Assembly: GCA_965287045.1 (NCBI GenBank)
Contig: OZ336882.1
Span: 43,772,001-43,836,000 of the forward strand
Source of the DNA: Carcharhinus amblyrhynchos
Lineage: Eukaryota
Length of the DNA: 64,000 nucleotides
Direction: 5' to 3'
Below the pieces are notes generated by a model. It did not search any database. It had not been told where the DNA came from and was given only the letters and a program-made list of their open reading frames with translations. Both the position numbers and the translations under genes were made by a program. Shown piece by piece: positions 1-12,049 of this stretch (within the stretch, counting starts at the first letter, position 1; each line of letters begins with the position of its first letter).

Positions 1-870
1 ATGATGCTTCACTTCTTCAGCTTCCACTCTAAACACGTTAAAGAAGCCATCTCCCTACAGACAAGCCCTCCGTATACACAGGATCTGCTCAGATGAGGAG
101 GGTCGTAACAGGTACCTTCAGAAACTGAAGGATGCCCTTACAAGAACAGGACATGGCGCTCGGCTCATCGATCGACAGTTCCGATGTGCCAGAGTGAAAA
201 ACCGCACTGACCTCCTGAGAAGACAAACATGGGACACGCAGACAATCTACCCTTCACCTTCCAGTACTTCCCCAGAATGGAGAAGCTACGACTTCTTCTC
301 CAAAGTCTTCAACATGTTATCGATGAAGACGAACATCTCGCCAAGGCCATCCCCGCACCCCACTTCTTGCCTTCAAACAACTGCACAACATCAAACAGAC
401 CATTGTCTGCAGCAAACTATCCAGCCTTCAGGAGAACAGTGACCACGACACCACATAACCCTGCCACAGCAAACTCTGCAAGACATGCCGGATCATCAAC
501 ATGGATGCCATCACCTCATCATCCACCAGGTACACGGTACATATACTTGCAACTCGGCCAACGTTGTCTACTTGATACCCTGCAGGAAAGAATGTCCTGA
601 AGCATGGTACATAGGGGAATCCTTGCAGACGCTACGACAACAGATGAATGAACACCGCTTGATAATCACCAGGCAAGAATGTTCTCTCCCTGTTCGCGAA
701 TACTTCAGTGGTCACGGGCATTCGGCCTCTGATCTTCGGGTAGCTTTCTCCAAAGCGGCCTTCACGGCACACGACAACGCAGAGTCGCTGAGCAGAGACT
801 GATAGCCAAGTTCCGCACACATGAGAACGGTCTCAACCGCGATCTTGGGTTCATGTTACAATATTTGTAA
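1..870 (+). mobile_element. Penelope-like retroelement (probably Neptune group), frameshifted 3' ORF: RT thumb, Zn-finger-like linker, GIY-YIG endonuclease
   Basis: Manual translation gives HSKHVKEAI..QALRIHRICSDEE (PLE thumb), PCHSKLCKTCR (CxxxxCxxC linker), then YTCNSANVVYLIPCRKECPEAWYIGESLQTLRQQMNEH (GIY-YIG, ORF 485-802), ending KFRTHENGLNRDLGFMLQYL* at 870. Runs off the window 5' end. Confidence 0.92.
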
Positions 871-1165
871 CCGCCACGGCTTGCCTTGGCTTGCAAAATC
901 TTACTGTCTTGGCTGGAAACAATACACATCTCTTTAACCTGTGCTTAACCTTCTCTCCACTTACATTGTTTGTACCTTTAAGGCTTGATTACCTGTAAGG
1001 ACTCACATGCCAACCATTATGTTGTAAATTGAGTTTGTGTTTTTATATGCCCTGTTTGTGAACAGAACTCCCACTCACCAGCAGCACTCCGAAAATTTGT
1101 GGCTTGTTCTATCAAATAATCCTGTTGGACTTCAACCTGGTGTTGTGAGACTTCTTACTGTGTTT
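871..1165 (+). mobile_element. Penelope 3' UTR / pseudo-LTR with a deleted hammerhead remnant
   Basis: cactcacc-agcagcactccgaaa...caaataatcctgttggacttcaacctggtgttgtgagacttcttactgtg matches the arms of the palindromes at 7285 and 44580, but the TGATGAAGG core is missing. Confidence 0.8.
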
Positions 1166-1204
1166 AAGTGGGAGCCGATGTTAAATTGTAATTCATTTAG
1201 AAGA

Positions 1205-1520
1205 GAATAGAATTCCTACAGCACAGAAGGAGGCCATTCAGGTCTGTGAGTCTCCATTGACAACAATCCCATCCAAACCCTGTCACTGTAACCCCATGTA
1301 TTTATCCTGCTAGTCCTCTGACACTAAGAGGGTCAATTTCATCTGGTCAATCAGCCTAATCTTCGCATCTTTGGAGTGTGGGAAAAAACCTGAAGGAAAC
1401 TCACAAAGAAATGGGGGGAATGTGCAAACTCCACATGGACAGTGACCCAAGGCTGGAATTGAATTCAGGTCCCTGGCGTTGGGAGGCGGCAGTGCTAACC
1501 ATTGTGCCACGGTGCCGCCC
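1205..1520 (-). mobile_element. HE1/V-type tRNA-derived SINE (CR1-like tail, type A)
   Basis: Reverse complement begins gggcggcaccgtggcacaatggttagcactgc (A box), has a B-box-like ttcaattcc, and ends aatggcctccttctgtgctgtaggaattcta. Confidence 0.88.
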
Positions 1521-2587
1521 TAACTCTCTGCTACCCTTGTTCCTTTGAATAGGGCTTCTGTTCTCAGTAGCACCTCAGTTGGTAATTAACTCAGAAGCAG
1601 TTCTTTACTTCTATCTGGCATAACAGACCCTGATTTGGGTCTTCTTCCTCAAATCTCTTCTTCTGATTAACTCTAACAGCAGGATCCAATTAACTTTGAC
1701 ATTCCAGAATCGTAATTAGATCGGGCCAACTGAAAATCTGAATGCAGTTTTGAGATCTGGTTATTTATTTCAAACATCTATCCAGTTGCTCTCCTACTAT
1801 TGCAGAACATGGTCTCCTTTTTGGGCTAGCTATAATGTCACCACCTAAAATAATCATCCTGCTAGCTTTGTTTCCAGACCGTAATAAGTTTCAAGCAAAA
1901 TACTCCTGCCCTAAGACACTCCTTTACCTGTTTCAAGCTGATGAGTATAGATATTCTAAGCATATTTCTAATTTCTCACAGCAAACATGACAGTTTGCCT
2001 CTGCAAGATAGAAGCAGCAAATTAGAATCATGTGAATGGCATTATGAGGGAGTTAGCATGTTTATAATGGGAGCTAAGCCTGACCAGCTTGTCCCAGCAG
2101 CAGAATAGTTTTAGCTCCTACAGTTGTGAAAAGCTGAGTCAGGTCCGCTATCAGGTTATATAGACATGTCTGAGTTTTGACCATTTGTCTTTGACATCAA
2201 GGGAAGATTTCACAGAACCTTATCTTTGGATCTTAAATTAGGGGAGCTGATTACATGATGCAGGCAAATGATATCATCTTGGGAGGCTCCCATTAATTTC
2301 TCATTACTGATACCACACAGCCTCCATCCTCTAATACAATCGGAAGTATGAAATGTTCCCATTCACTGATGAGTGATGGACTGAATACTCTTATATCCTG
2401 ACACTAATTGATGTGTGTCATTCCATTTACTGATATACAGAGATGAAGAGGAAACTTTCATTCACTGAGATTAAATAATGTAGAGTAAGTTCACAATTGT
2501 TGACGTTAAGTGATGCTGGTGACAATCATATTCGCTGACACTGAGCAAAACTTTGGACATCCCATTACAGTAAAGACATACAAGTCA

Positions 2588-2882
2588 ATCATAGAATCCT
2601 GCAGTGCAGAAGGAGGCCATTCGTCTGCACGCACCCAGGCCTTATCCCCATAATCTCATGCATTTACCCTAGCTAGTCCCCCGGACACCAGGTACAATTT
2701 AGCATGGCCAATTCACCTAACCTACACATCTTTGGACTGTGGGAGGAAATTGGAGCTCTCGGGGGAAACCTACGCAGACATGGGGAGAATGTGCAAACTG
2801 CAAACACAGACAGCGGCCCAAGCCGGGAATCAAACCCGGGTCCTTGGCACTGTGAGGCAGCAGTGCTAATCACTGTGCTTTC
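2588..2882 (-). mobile_element. HE1/V-type SINE (type A)
   Basis: Same head and body as the other copies; catagaatc tail at the left end. Confidence 0.88.
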
Positions 2883-4689
2883 TGCCATTGCGTCAAGGAA
2901 AAAGTGCTGAATAGATTCACCTGGATTTTACCAAATTAAGTAATTGACGGGTTCTAGTTATGAAAAGAGACATGAGAAATGTGAATGTTTTTGCAGGAGC
3001 TGAGAAAGTTAAGGTGCAACTTAATAGAAAATGTAAGAATTATGTAAGGTTACAAAATAAACACGGAGAGTTGTATGCTAGAAAACTGGTACCTGTGCAA
3101 CTGAAGACACAAAGTGAAATAATGATGGGCAGAACAATGCCAGTCACTTCCAACACAGCCTGCATAGCAAATGCTGACTGACTGTGTGTTAGCACAGCAA
3201 ACAGATTGATAAAATCATGGCAAAATATACTTTAAAATGTAGATTTGATGCAGGATCTGCTGTCCTGTTAACATCTTAAACATAGAATGTTCATTCAGTT
3301 GCACCGAGGACCCCCACCCTCATATTAAAGTATTTAATGAGTTAACTATCCTGCTTCCAGATGAGTGCTTTTGACCTATTTTTGTGGGTTCAGTGTGAGT
3401 GAAAGTACTGTACTGCTGTTGGATGAGTTTGACAGACATTGGGAGTGGTGCAAGAATTTGGAAGGGTATCAGTGGAGCTGGTTTGTCTGTCAATCAGGCT
3501 ATAGTTGCAATTCCGTTTGGTCTGCTAATTAATTTGGAAATGGAACAGAGGCAACAGAGAGGGAAAGCTGTGCACAGAGGGAAAAGGAGGGTGAGGAAGT
3601 GGAGGATGAGGAAGAATGAAGTACCTGAGATCCCATTGCTCTAGATAAGCTGTCAGTGGATGGATACTCAAACTTTGGTTCCCCTAAGATTTCACCACAA
3701 CATCACAGTTGCTCCACAATTCCCTGAATTTCGACCCTTCTGCCATTACAATGTCCTCTTGGCCCAAATTCTGAGAAGAAAGCCATTTACAAAAACACCT
3801 GCATCCAGCAAATTTCCAATAATACATATCATGCTCAACTATTCACCCTTATGATATCCCTTCATGCTTGTCCTGCAGATGTCTTTAACTGACCTACATG
3901 GTACGACCCAATCTCAGCAGCATGGAGATGGCGTTGCAGGGTGAGGTCAAGTATTTTGGGGTTTTTAGGGCTTGATTTAAGACTGCACCAACCACCACAG
4001 CATGGGCAACAGCAGTCTGGCTTAGCTGGTACCTCTTAGGTAACAATAAATGCACTGGCAAAGTGGCACTGATCATCTCATGACATTGGTCATCCCATAC
4101 TACAACACGGTTGGGTCAACAAATATTGTCATGGAGTTGGCTACCACTTCCACATCGGCCCCAAGCATTGCAAAAACAATGCCAAGCTAGAGATGGACTT
4201 CTCCAGACTTCTTGGCAGTACTAATAGACTGTCTGGCAGCCTGCCAGTGTACCAGACGTCTTGGTGTGCATGAGTAATAGCACATTCTTTTCTATGCTGC
4301 CCTACTGAAGTCCTCATCTGAATTTGCTGTAGCATAATTCATCCATGACCACAGTGAGCTGGTACGCAGATGATCCTTTCCTTTGCCCCAGCTTGGCTGA
4401 AGGCCATGCGTGCCTGTTGACTCACCACACGCTGATCCTGAATCTATATTACCTTGAAGTACACGCAGAACCAATATGTAAGCTGGTGGTCACAATTTGT
4501 CAGATCTAACTGATTAGTGATTAAAAGTGATTAGTGATTAAGTGAAAGTGATTAGTGCTCAAGCAATTCAGACGTGTCTCTTCTCCACTGGTTCTGCTCT
4601 GCTTCCTCCTGTTGTAGGCCCACTGCAAGGTAGATGAGAAAACCAAAGTTGCTGATGTGTCTGGCTCAGATAAAAATGGTGGAATCCAC

Positions 4690-4900
4690 TCCTTTTATTT
4701 TTTTTGGCAATTAATAAGGACATCTTTTGCTTTTCTCGCATGGGATGATGCTTTGCCAAAAAATGACAAAATTGCACCCAATGTGCCTCTTCTCTGGTCT
4801 GCTTGGTGCATTAATGCCTTCAACGTCACATTAGAAAACCCGAGAGTCCTTTCTCTTGCCGTTTGCTCAGTTTTCTCTGCTTTTGATTTCCTCCAAGTGC
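4690..4900 (-). mobile_element. Degenerate PIF/Harbinger Myb/SANT-like ORF fragment
   Basis: ARERTLGFSNVTLKALMHQADQRRGTL resembles the R.R.PRFS...LEAL....E.RR..L start of Harbinger DNA-binding proteins. Confidence 0.45.
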
Positions 4901-4964
4901 ACACGAAGATATGAAATAGGAGTAAAAGTAGGCTATTCAGCCCCTCGAGCCTGCCCTGCCATTC

Positions 4965-6318
4965 ATAAGAACATAAGAAATAGGAGCAGGGGTAGGCCAT
5001 CTAGCCCTTCGAGCCTGCCCCGCCATTCAATAAGATCATGGCTGATCTGTCGCTGCTCAGTTCCACTTTCCCGCCCTCTCCCCATAACCCTTAATCCCCT
5101 CTCTTATCAAAAACCCATCAACCCGCGTCTTAAAAATATTTAGCGAGGCAGCCTCCACCACTTCAACGGGCAGAGAATTCCAGAGATTCACCACCCTTTG
5201 AGTGAAGAAGTTCCTCCTCAACTCCGTTCTAAACTGCCCCCTTTTTATCTTGAGGTTGTGCCCCCTAGTCCTGCTGTCTTTTTTGAGCGGGAAGAGTCTC
5301 TCCACCTCTATCCTATCCATCCCATTCATCATCTTATATGTCTCAATGAGATCTCCCCTCATTCTTCTAAACTCTAACGAGTACAAGCCCAGTTTATTCA
5401 GCCTCTCCTCATAGCTCAACCCCCTCAACTCCGGTATCAGCCAAGTAAACCTCCTCTGCACTCCCTCCAAGGCCAAAATATCTTTGCGCAGGTGCGGCGC
5501 CCAAAACTGCACACAGTACTCCAGCTGCGGCCTCACCAATGCCCTATACATCTGCATCAAGACTCCCTACTTTTATATTCAATCCCCCTCGCTATGAAGG
5601 CCAGCATCCCATTCGCCTTCCTGACCACCTGCTGCACCTGCAAGCTGGGTTTTTGCGACTCATGCACAAGGACCCCGAGGTCCCTCTGCACCGTCGCCTG
5701 CTGCAGTTTTTCGCCCCGTAAGTAATAGTCCTTCCTACCATTATTCCTACCAAAGTGGACCACCTCACACTTGCCAACATTAAATTCCATTTGCCATTTC
5801 CTGGCCCATTCGCCCAGCCTATCTAGATCCTTCTGCAGACTCTCCACACCCTCCGCACAATTTGCCGTTCCCCCAGTCTTGGTGTCATCAGCAAATTTTG
5901 ACACCCTACACTCGGTTCCCTCCTCCAGATCATCTATATAAATGGTAAAAAGCTGAGGCCCCAGCACCGACCCCTGGGGCACTCCACTAGTCACCATCCG
6001 CCAATCCGAATAGCACCCGTTGACCCCCACTCTCTGCCTCCTATTTGACAACCAATCCTCTATCCACGCTAACACCCTACCCCCAACTCCATGTCCCTCA
6101 ACCTTCTGCAATAACCTCTTGTGAGGTACTTTGTCAAACGCCTTCTGAAAATCTAGAAAGACCACATCCACCGGCTCTCCTCTATCCACCGCCCTAGACA
6201 CATCCTCATAGAACTCCAGTAAATTTGTCAGACACGACTTCCCTTTAATGAAACCGTGCTGCGTCTGCTCTATCAAGCAATTCCCTTCAAGATGCCTCGC
6301 AATTTCCTCCTTAATAAG
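4965..6318 (-). mobile_element. Young 5'-truncated CR1 (HER1-like) LINE: RT domain, C-terminus and 3' tail
   Basis: ORFs 5557-6345 and 5057-5560: QHGFIKGKSCLTNL, FLDFQKAFDKVPH, GVPQGSVLGP, FADD. One 1-nt frameshift near 5560. Tail is cataagaacataagaa. Flanked by ATTC at 4961-4964 and 6319-6322. Confidence 0.96.
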
Positions 6319-7284
6319 ATTCGATAAGATTATGGCTGATCTCAAAGTTTTCCATAGCCTGCAGCAGCTTCAGTTCAATGAAGGCAGCTTCCTCTTTAAA
6401 AGAGTGAGGCTTACTTAGATGCAGAAGCAGCATGAACTAGATGTCTCAATGCTTTCTCCCTAACCCCTCAGAGTTCAAATTTGCGTATATAAATACAACA
6501 TTTTAAACAAACTTGATGATACAAAGTTGGGTGGGAGGGTGAGCTGTGAGAAGGTTGCAGAGATGCTTCAGTGTGATTTGGACAACTGAATGTGTGGGCA
6601 CGTGCATTGCAGATATTGTATTATGTGGGTAAATGTGAGGTTATCCACTTTGGTAGCAATAATAGGAAGACAGGTTATTACTTGACTGGGGTGTAAATTG
6701 AGAGAAGTGGATATTCAATGGGACTTTGGAGTCTTTGAGCATCAGTCACTGAAATTAATTGTGCAGGTACAGCAGGCAGTAAAGAAGGCAAATGGTATGT
6801 TGATCTTCATGGCAAGAGGATTTGAATATAGGGATAAAGATGTTTTGCTGCAATTGCATAGGGTGTTGGTGAGGCCACAGCTGGAGTATTGCATGCAATT
6901 TTAGTGTCCTTATCTAAGGAAGGATGCCCTTGCTTTGGAGAGAGTTCAGCAAAGATTTACCAGGCTGATTCCTGGGGTGGCAGGCCTGTCACATGAGGAG
7001 AGACAAAGTCAGATGGATTATATTCACCGGAGTTTAGAGGAGTGAGAGGGGATCGCACAGAAACTTATAAACTTCTAACAGGGTTAGACTGGGTAGATTC
7101 AGAAAGAATGTTCCTCATGGTGGGGGAGTCAAAAACTAGGGGTCATAGTTTGAGGATAAGGGTTAAATCTTTTAGAACTGAGGTGAGGGAAAGTTTCTTC
7201 ACCCAGAGGGTGGTGAATGTGTGGAACTTACTACCACAGAATGTAGTTGAGGCCAAAACGCTGGCTGATTTCAAGAAGAAATTA

Positions 7285-7487
7285 TGATGTGGAGGTGCTG
7301 GCATTGGACTGGGGTGGGCACAGTAAGAAGTCTCACAACACCAGGTTAAAGTCCAACAGGTTTATTTGGAATCACGATCTTTCGGAGCGCTGCTCCTTCA
7401 TCAGGTGAGGTGTCACCTGATGCAGAAGCAGTGTTCTGAAAGCTCATGATTCCAAATAAATCTGTTGGACTTTAACCTAGTGTTGTG
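7285..7487. mobile_element. Palindromic Penelope-derived short insertion with two inverted hammerhead motifs (family 1)
   Basis: Inverted arms tctcacaacaccaggttaaagtccaacaggtttatttggaatc / gattccaaataaatctgttggactttaacctagtgttgtgaga. Direct repeat AGAAGAAATTA at 7274-7284 and 7488-7498. Confidence 0.9.
7373..7407 (-). ncRNA. Minimal type-I hammerhead ribozyme motif (core intact)
   Basis: Minus strand reads CAC-CUGAUGA-A-GGAGC-AGC-GCUCC-GAA-AGAU-C-GUG: stem I CAC/GUG, conserved core, 5-bp stem II, NUH cleavage triplet. Confidence 0.8.
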
Positions 7488-7938
7488 AGAAGAAATTAGA
7501 GATAGCACCTGTGGGGGGCTGAAGGGATTAAGGAATATGGGAAGAAGAGGGGGATCAGGATATTGAATTCAATAATCAGCCATGGTCAAAATGAATGGTG
7601 AAGTAGGCTCAAAGGGCCAAATGGCCTATTCCTGCTCTAGCTTCTATGTTTCTATCACATTGGGAACTTTAAAGATTAATTGCTGGCATTTCCTCAAAAT
7701 ATAAACTCAATGCAATGTTTGACAATTATTTGGTAAGATGTGGAACGAACATAGCTTAATCTTTTTTAGTGGGGACTGACTTTTACTTTATGCAAATAAA
7801 TTTTCTTTAAATGTAATTACAATTCACTTGCACAATAGAATGAAAGCTCTTTAAGATTTAGATGGGAATCTCTCCTTTTACGTGTTTAAGTTTGTGAATG
7901 ACCAAAATTACTTAATTTAATCTTTCACATGCATTCTT

Positions 7939-8302
7939 TGGCACGGTAGCACAGTGGTTAGCACTGCTGCCTCACACTACTAGTGGACCTGGGTTCAATT
8001 CCCAGCTTGGGTCACTGTCTGTGTGGAGTTTGCACATTCTCCACGTGTCTGTGTGGGTTTCCTCCAGGTGCTGTAGTTGTGCTGGTTAGGTGTGTTGACC
8101 CGAACGGGTTCCAGAGTGTGGCGACTAGGGGAATTTCACAGTAACTTCATTGAAGTGTCAATGTAAACCTTACTTGTGATCAATAAATAAATAAACTTTA
8201 AACTAAACTTTTCATATTTCTCAAAATAGTTCAAAATTTCACAGTAGCTTCATTGCGATGTTGATGTAAGCCTTACTTTTGACTAATAAATAAGCTTTAC
8301 TT
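7939..8302 (+). mobile_element. HE1/V-type SINE with type-B tail, plus a second tail copy at about 8237-8302
   Basis: ggcacggtagcacagtggttagcactgctgcc head; tail tttcacagtaacttcattgaagtgtcaatgtaaaccttacttgtga..aataaa is present twice. Confidence 0.85.
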
Positions 8303-8842
8303 TAAAAAAAAGGCAAAATTATCTGTCATTGTGCTACATTGGCAAGTGAATTCAATTTATTTTGAGTTTCTTAAAGGATGGATGATAACACAAATATATG
8401 AGAAGCTATAAGTTTTGCGAGATCTTGTAACATTTCTTTATCTTTAAAATGCACTCCTGAAACACCTTTTTGTTTAACCTTTTAACAATCCCACGGCTGT
8501 CAGTTAAAGCCATTCTCTTTGCAGCCTTTGAAGGTCTCATTAGTCTTTGTTTGTTGATCTCCCTTGGAAAGACTGAGTACATCTGCAATTATTTGTGCTG
8601 TACCTGACAGGATACTGCTATATTCAGAACCTCAAAGTGATTAAAATGCCAGTAAACTTTTACATTTCTTGTTGAAACTAATGTCCACTTATTGTTAAGT
8701 ATTCAGGGGGATGTTCCCCAACTGTCTAAAGAGCTTCCACAGCTGGTATGTGGTAATTAATATCTTATTCAGTAAAAGTCGCTACTAGAGCTTATCTTTA
8801 GAATTCCTGCCTGCTCACCAGGCTGTAATTCTTTGAACGTTC

Positions 8843-8950
8843 CTGATAAGAGGTCACCAGCCTGAAATCTTTCATTCTGTTCCCCCTTCCACGGATGCTG
8901 CTGGATCTGCTGTATATTTTCAAGCATTTCTGAATGATCTGCTTTTGCAT
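8843..8950 (+). mobile_element. Family-2 hammerhead-bearing Penelope-like tail fragment (degenerate)
   Basis: cctgataagaggtcaccagcctgaaa followed by ccacggatgctgctggatctgctg..tttcaagcatttc, homologous to the copies at 29362 and 59489. Confidence 0.6.
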
Positions 8951-9449
8951 AGTGTTCTGCTTCGTAATCCTTTATTTCAAAAGTATGTTTTATAGAAAGT
9001 AGATTTAGTGTGGCACATATTAAATGCTGAGGAGTGAGTGACAACGTAAAGTTAGTTTCAATACCTTATAGCTTTGAATTTGCCGCAGTTCCTCAGAAAA
9101 TACAAAACGTTGGAAAAGTACACAGCAAATAATATGCGAAAGTCAGTTATTGAGATAAAATTTATGGAATTATTATTAATTAAATTGGTTGGTTTCAGTT
9201 TTTGAGGTTTGAAAGTCATCATAAACCCTGAACAATTTTGTTTAATTGGGCTTGATAATTCCTGTTCATCATTAAGGGTAATCAAATCTAACTTTTGGTT
9301 TAATGGATTTGAAATTACTGTGTGGTGATAGTGTCCAAATGCTCAAAGCAGCATTTTCCATTCTGGAGACTATGTCCAGTGGCAGATGGAAAAATCAACA
9401 TGATTCCCTCAGGTGGCAGGACAGACAAGCTTGTGCGATCTTTTGCTGG

Positions 9450-10620
9450 TCAGCTCATTCATTATGCATCTGTGAGGAGCTCAAGGAATCTCGTGGAGGG
9501 GCAGGCAGGAGGTCATTTACCCTGTCTTTGCTGTTATGGCACCATATTTAAATGACATCAGACAGACATTCAATCAATGCAGGCCTGGAGCTCTATATCA
9601 TCCCTCCAGAGTCCTGGCAACTTGAGGTTTGTACTAAACAATCTGGTGTGAGCAACCACATCCCAGAACATACGATGGGTGATTCTGGCATTGCCTTTCA
9701 CTCATCTCTAGTTAAGTGTACCACCGGTGATATATCTATGGTGGGGCCAATGCTCGCCATTGCGCTGGACCATGTTGACCAAGCTCTTGACCTTCTCGAG
9801 GCCCAGCTGCCTCTTGCTGTTCATGCCCCTACTCCTCCTGGCCCTGTACCAATTGGCACCAGGCTCTCCTTCTTCTCACAACACAAAAAAAGAAAAATGC
9901 TGGAAAATCTCAGCGGGTCTGACAGCATCAGTGGAGAGACAATAGAACTAAAGGTTCTGCTGTCAGACCTGCTGAGATTTTCCAGCATTCTTCTGTCTTT
10001 GTTTCAGGTTCCAGCATCTGCAGTATTTTGCCTTTACCTCCTTCTTATCATCGAGGTGAAATTCATCACCAAGGCAGGATTGCCTGCTGCCTGCATCATC
10101 GATGCCTCCGTTGATGAGTGAAAGAAATGAAGTGATACCTTTAGTGAACATATCCTTAAAGGTTTCCTTCCACCTCAAACACAGCTGAGCACTTTTCCTG
10201 GCCTCTATCTGGGCATGGCACCTCCACCCCTAGCTTCAGGTAAAGGACATGTCTACATATGGAGATATTGCTCTGTGACCAGGGTGAAGAAAGCCATGTG
10301 CAAGAAGCCTCCCCCTAATAATATTCCACTTGTCCCCACAAAGCTCAAGACTACAGAGACCTTTGCCATGGCAACATGGAAAGAACAGCCGTGATAGATA
10401 GCCCTTGTCAGCCAAGACCATTCACCTGGAGAATGGAAGGTTGGTGTTGTGAATTGGTGCCATCCACCAGCCAAACCCCTTGGAGGCATTCACCTTCCTC
10501 CCTCCCTTCATCCCTGCCTCTAACTACAGCCAATAGCAAATAGAACAGAATGAATGGCAGCTCCACATCTTGATGGGATCTCAATGTTGTGAGACCCTTG
10601 AGCCGGGAAACAAACATGCA
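9450..10620 (-). mobile_element. Degenerate PIF/Harbinger transposase remnants
   Basis: Minus strand gives LEMSERQCQ near 9690-9712 (Harbinger N-terminal motif) and VLADKGYL near 10398-10420 (GDKGYP-like DDE motif). Fragment order is scrambled. Confidence 0.4.
9879..10037. mobile_element. Family-2 palindromic insertion (centre lacks the hammerhead)
   Basis: aatgctggaaaatctcagcgggtctgacagca / tgctgtcagacctgctgagattttccagcatt inverted arms. Flanking direct repeat ctccttcttctca (9866-9878) / ctccttcttatca (10038-10050). Confidence 0.82.
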
Positions 10621-11749
10621 GCAATGCGCACTTCACCACAGAGAGGAGAACACACTGAGCATGGTTGACAATCAGTTGTCTCATGAATATTAGGGTGACT
10701 TTTTAATCAGCCATTTGTGCCGACCTTGAACTCCACCCATCTGAGAAGATCTCCCTCCCACTTTGAGGGATCTCACTGACTGACTATCGCATGGTCAAGG
10801 TCAGATTGGAAAAATGGTGCATGCCACCTTTCAAGCTCACTGCACCACATCCTACCCTCCCCCCATCACCCTGGAACTACCAATTGTCACCATTCCTCTC
10901 CCCTCTGTCACTCTTGAGCTCCTCCTGTTACCCTGGACCCTATCATGATCCACTTCCACATGGCTTCCACTTGCAAAAATCTAAATGTGGTTGGCCCTTC
11001 AATCAAACTGATGAAGCTACAGTATATTGTGCTGGGTTCTCTCAATCTGCAACGAAACTGAAAGATCTACCTCCATTGTTTCTGTCAGCCTGTTGTTCAA
11101 GACTCTTTTTGTTTGAATCTTGGCTACCAGTAAAATCAGAGTTGTTACAAGCCATTGTCCCATTGGAAAAGAAGGGATGTGTGGTTTGCAACAAATTATT
11201 GACCTTGATTGATGGGGTTGTGTCCTGACATGGTAATGTTGTAGAAGTGGGTTTGAGCAGTTTCTGCAATTTTGGGTAACCCCTGTGCCTTTCCTTTTCA
11301 CAGCATGTGTGTAGATTTGCTTTGCAAAGTTCCCCACAAGGTAGCCTGATTGAAATATTTGGCCTCCAGTTGAATGGGAAGTGCTCCTGAGGAAATCTAC
11401 AGCTGCTAGTGGGCACATCTGGTCCCCTGCTTGAGTAGAGGGGTTGGGGGTGAACCCAGGGAAAGGGTCTGACCCTCAATCTTAGCAATTCTGAGGCCTG
11501 AATAGTGAGGGCTGGGGTGTTTGTTGGTCTTGAGGAAAGCACTTAACTGCTCCCTGAAACTATCCTCACCTCCATTCAGCTACCAGGTGCAATGACTTGA
11601 ATTAGCCATTGAGATTGCCTCTAGAATATGAACAAAAAAAAAGGCACTGTTAATGCCTTCCATGCAGGGACTGGGGTGCACTATTGACCCCCTTAATCAC
11701 ATTTTAATTTGATGTTTTAAATTTTCTTTTCTGCTTTGTTTTTGATTCA

Positions 11750-12010
11750 GGCGATCCCCTTCCTTTTAGGAACTGCCCCTTATGAGATGCCCTAAGCTAA
11801 TTTGATTTTGTTTATTTGGTTGGATATTAAAAGCTGTCCCTAATTGAGCACTTTGTTCCTTGTCCAATTGGGGATACTTTTATGAGTGTCAGGTCTCCTG
11901 GCACTCTGAGCGCTGACTCAGAACTTGTAACACTCTATGAACTATAGTAGAGTTTCTAATAAAAGGGAATCTGGTGAAGGGATACCGGCCTTTGCTGACT
12001 TATTTCACCA
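11750..12010 (+). mobile_element. LTR-like fragment (AATAAA then ...CA), partly repeated at 13608-13702
   Basis: tcaggtctcctggcactctgagcgctgactcagaacttgtaacactctatgaac recurs nearly identically near 13650-13702. Confidence 0.5.
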
Positions 12011-12049
12011 GGTTTTCCAGGGCCTCGAAAACCTAGTCAGCCAGGTTAA

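Larger units (their letters stand above)
6515..7655 (+). mobile_element. CR1 LINE 3' fragment (degenerate), interrupted by a palindromic insertion
   Basis: ORFs 6698-6904 (VQQAVKKANGML..LVRPQLEYC) and 7042-7287 (KTRGHSLRIR..FFTQRVVNVWN); tail aatggcctattcctgctc..ttctatgtttctat. Confidence 0.92.

Noticed and set aside
4510-4556. (GTGATTA)-like short tandem array
   Set aside because: Simple slippage repeat with no spacers; not CRISPR-like.
8500-8603. Possible minus-strand terminal exon (TAQIIADVLSLSKGDQ..GFN*)
   Set aside because: Poor pyrimidine tract and no recognisable homology.
9552-10121. 189-aa ORF
   Set aside because: Runs across a Harbinger remnant on the opposite strand and a palindromic insertion; no coherent protein.
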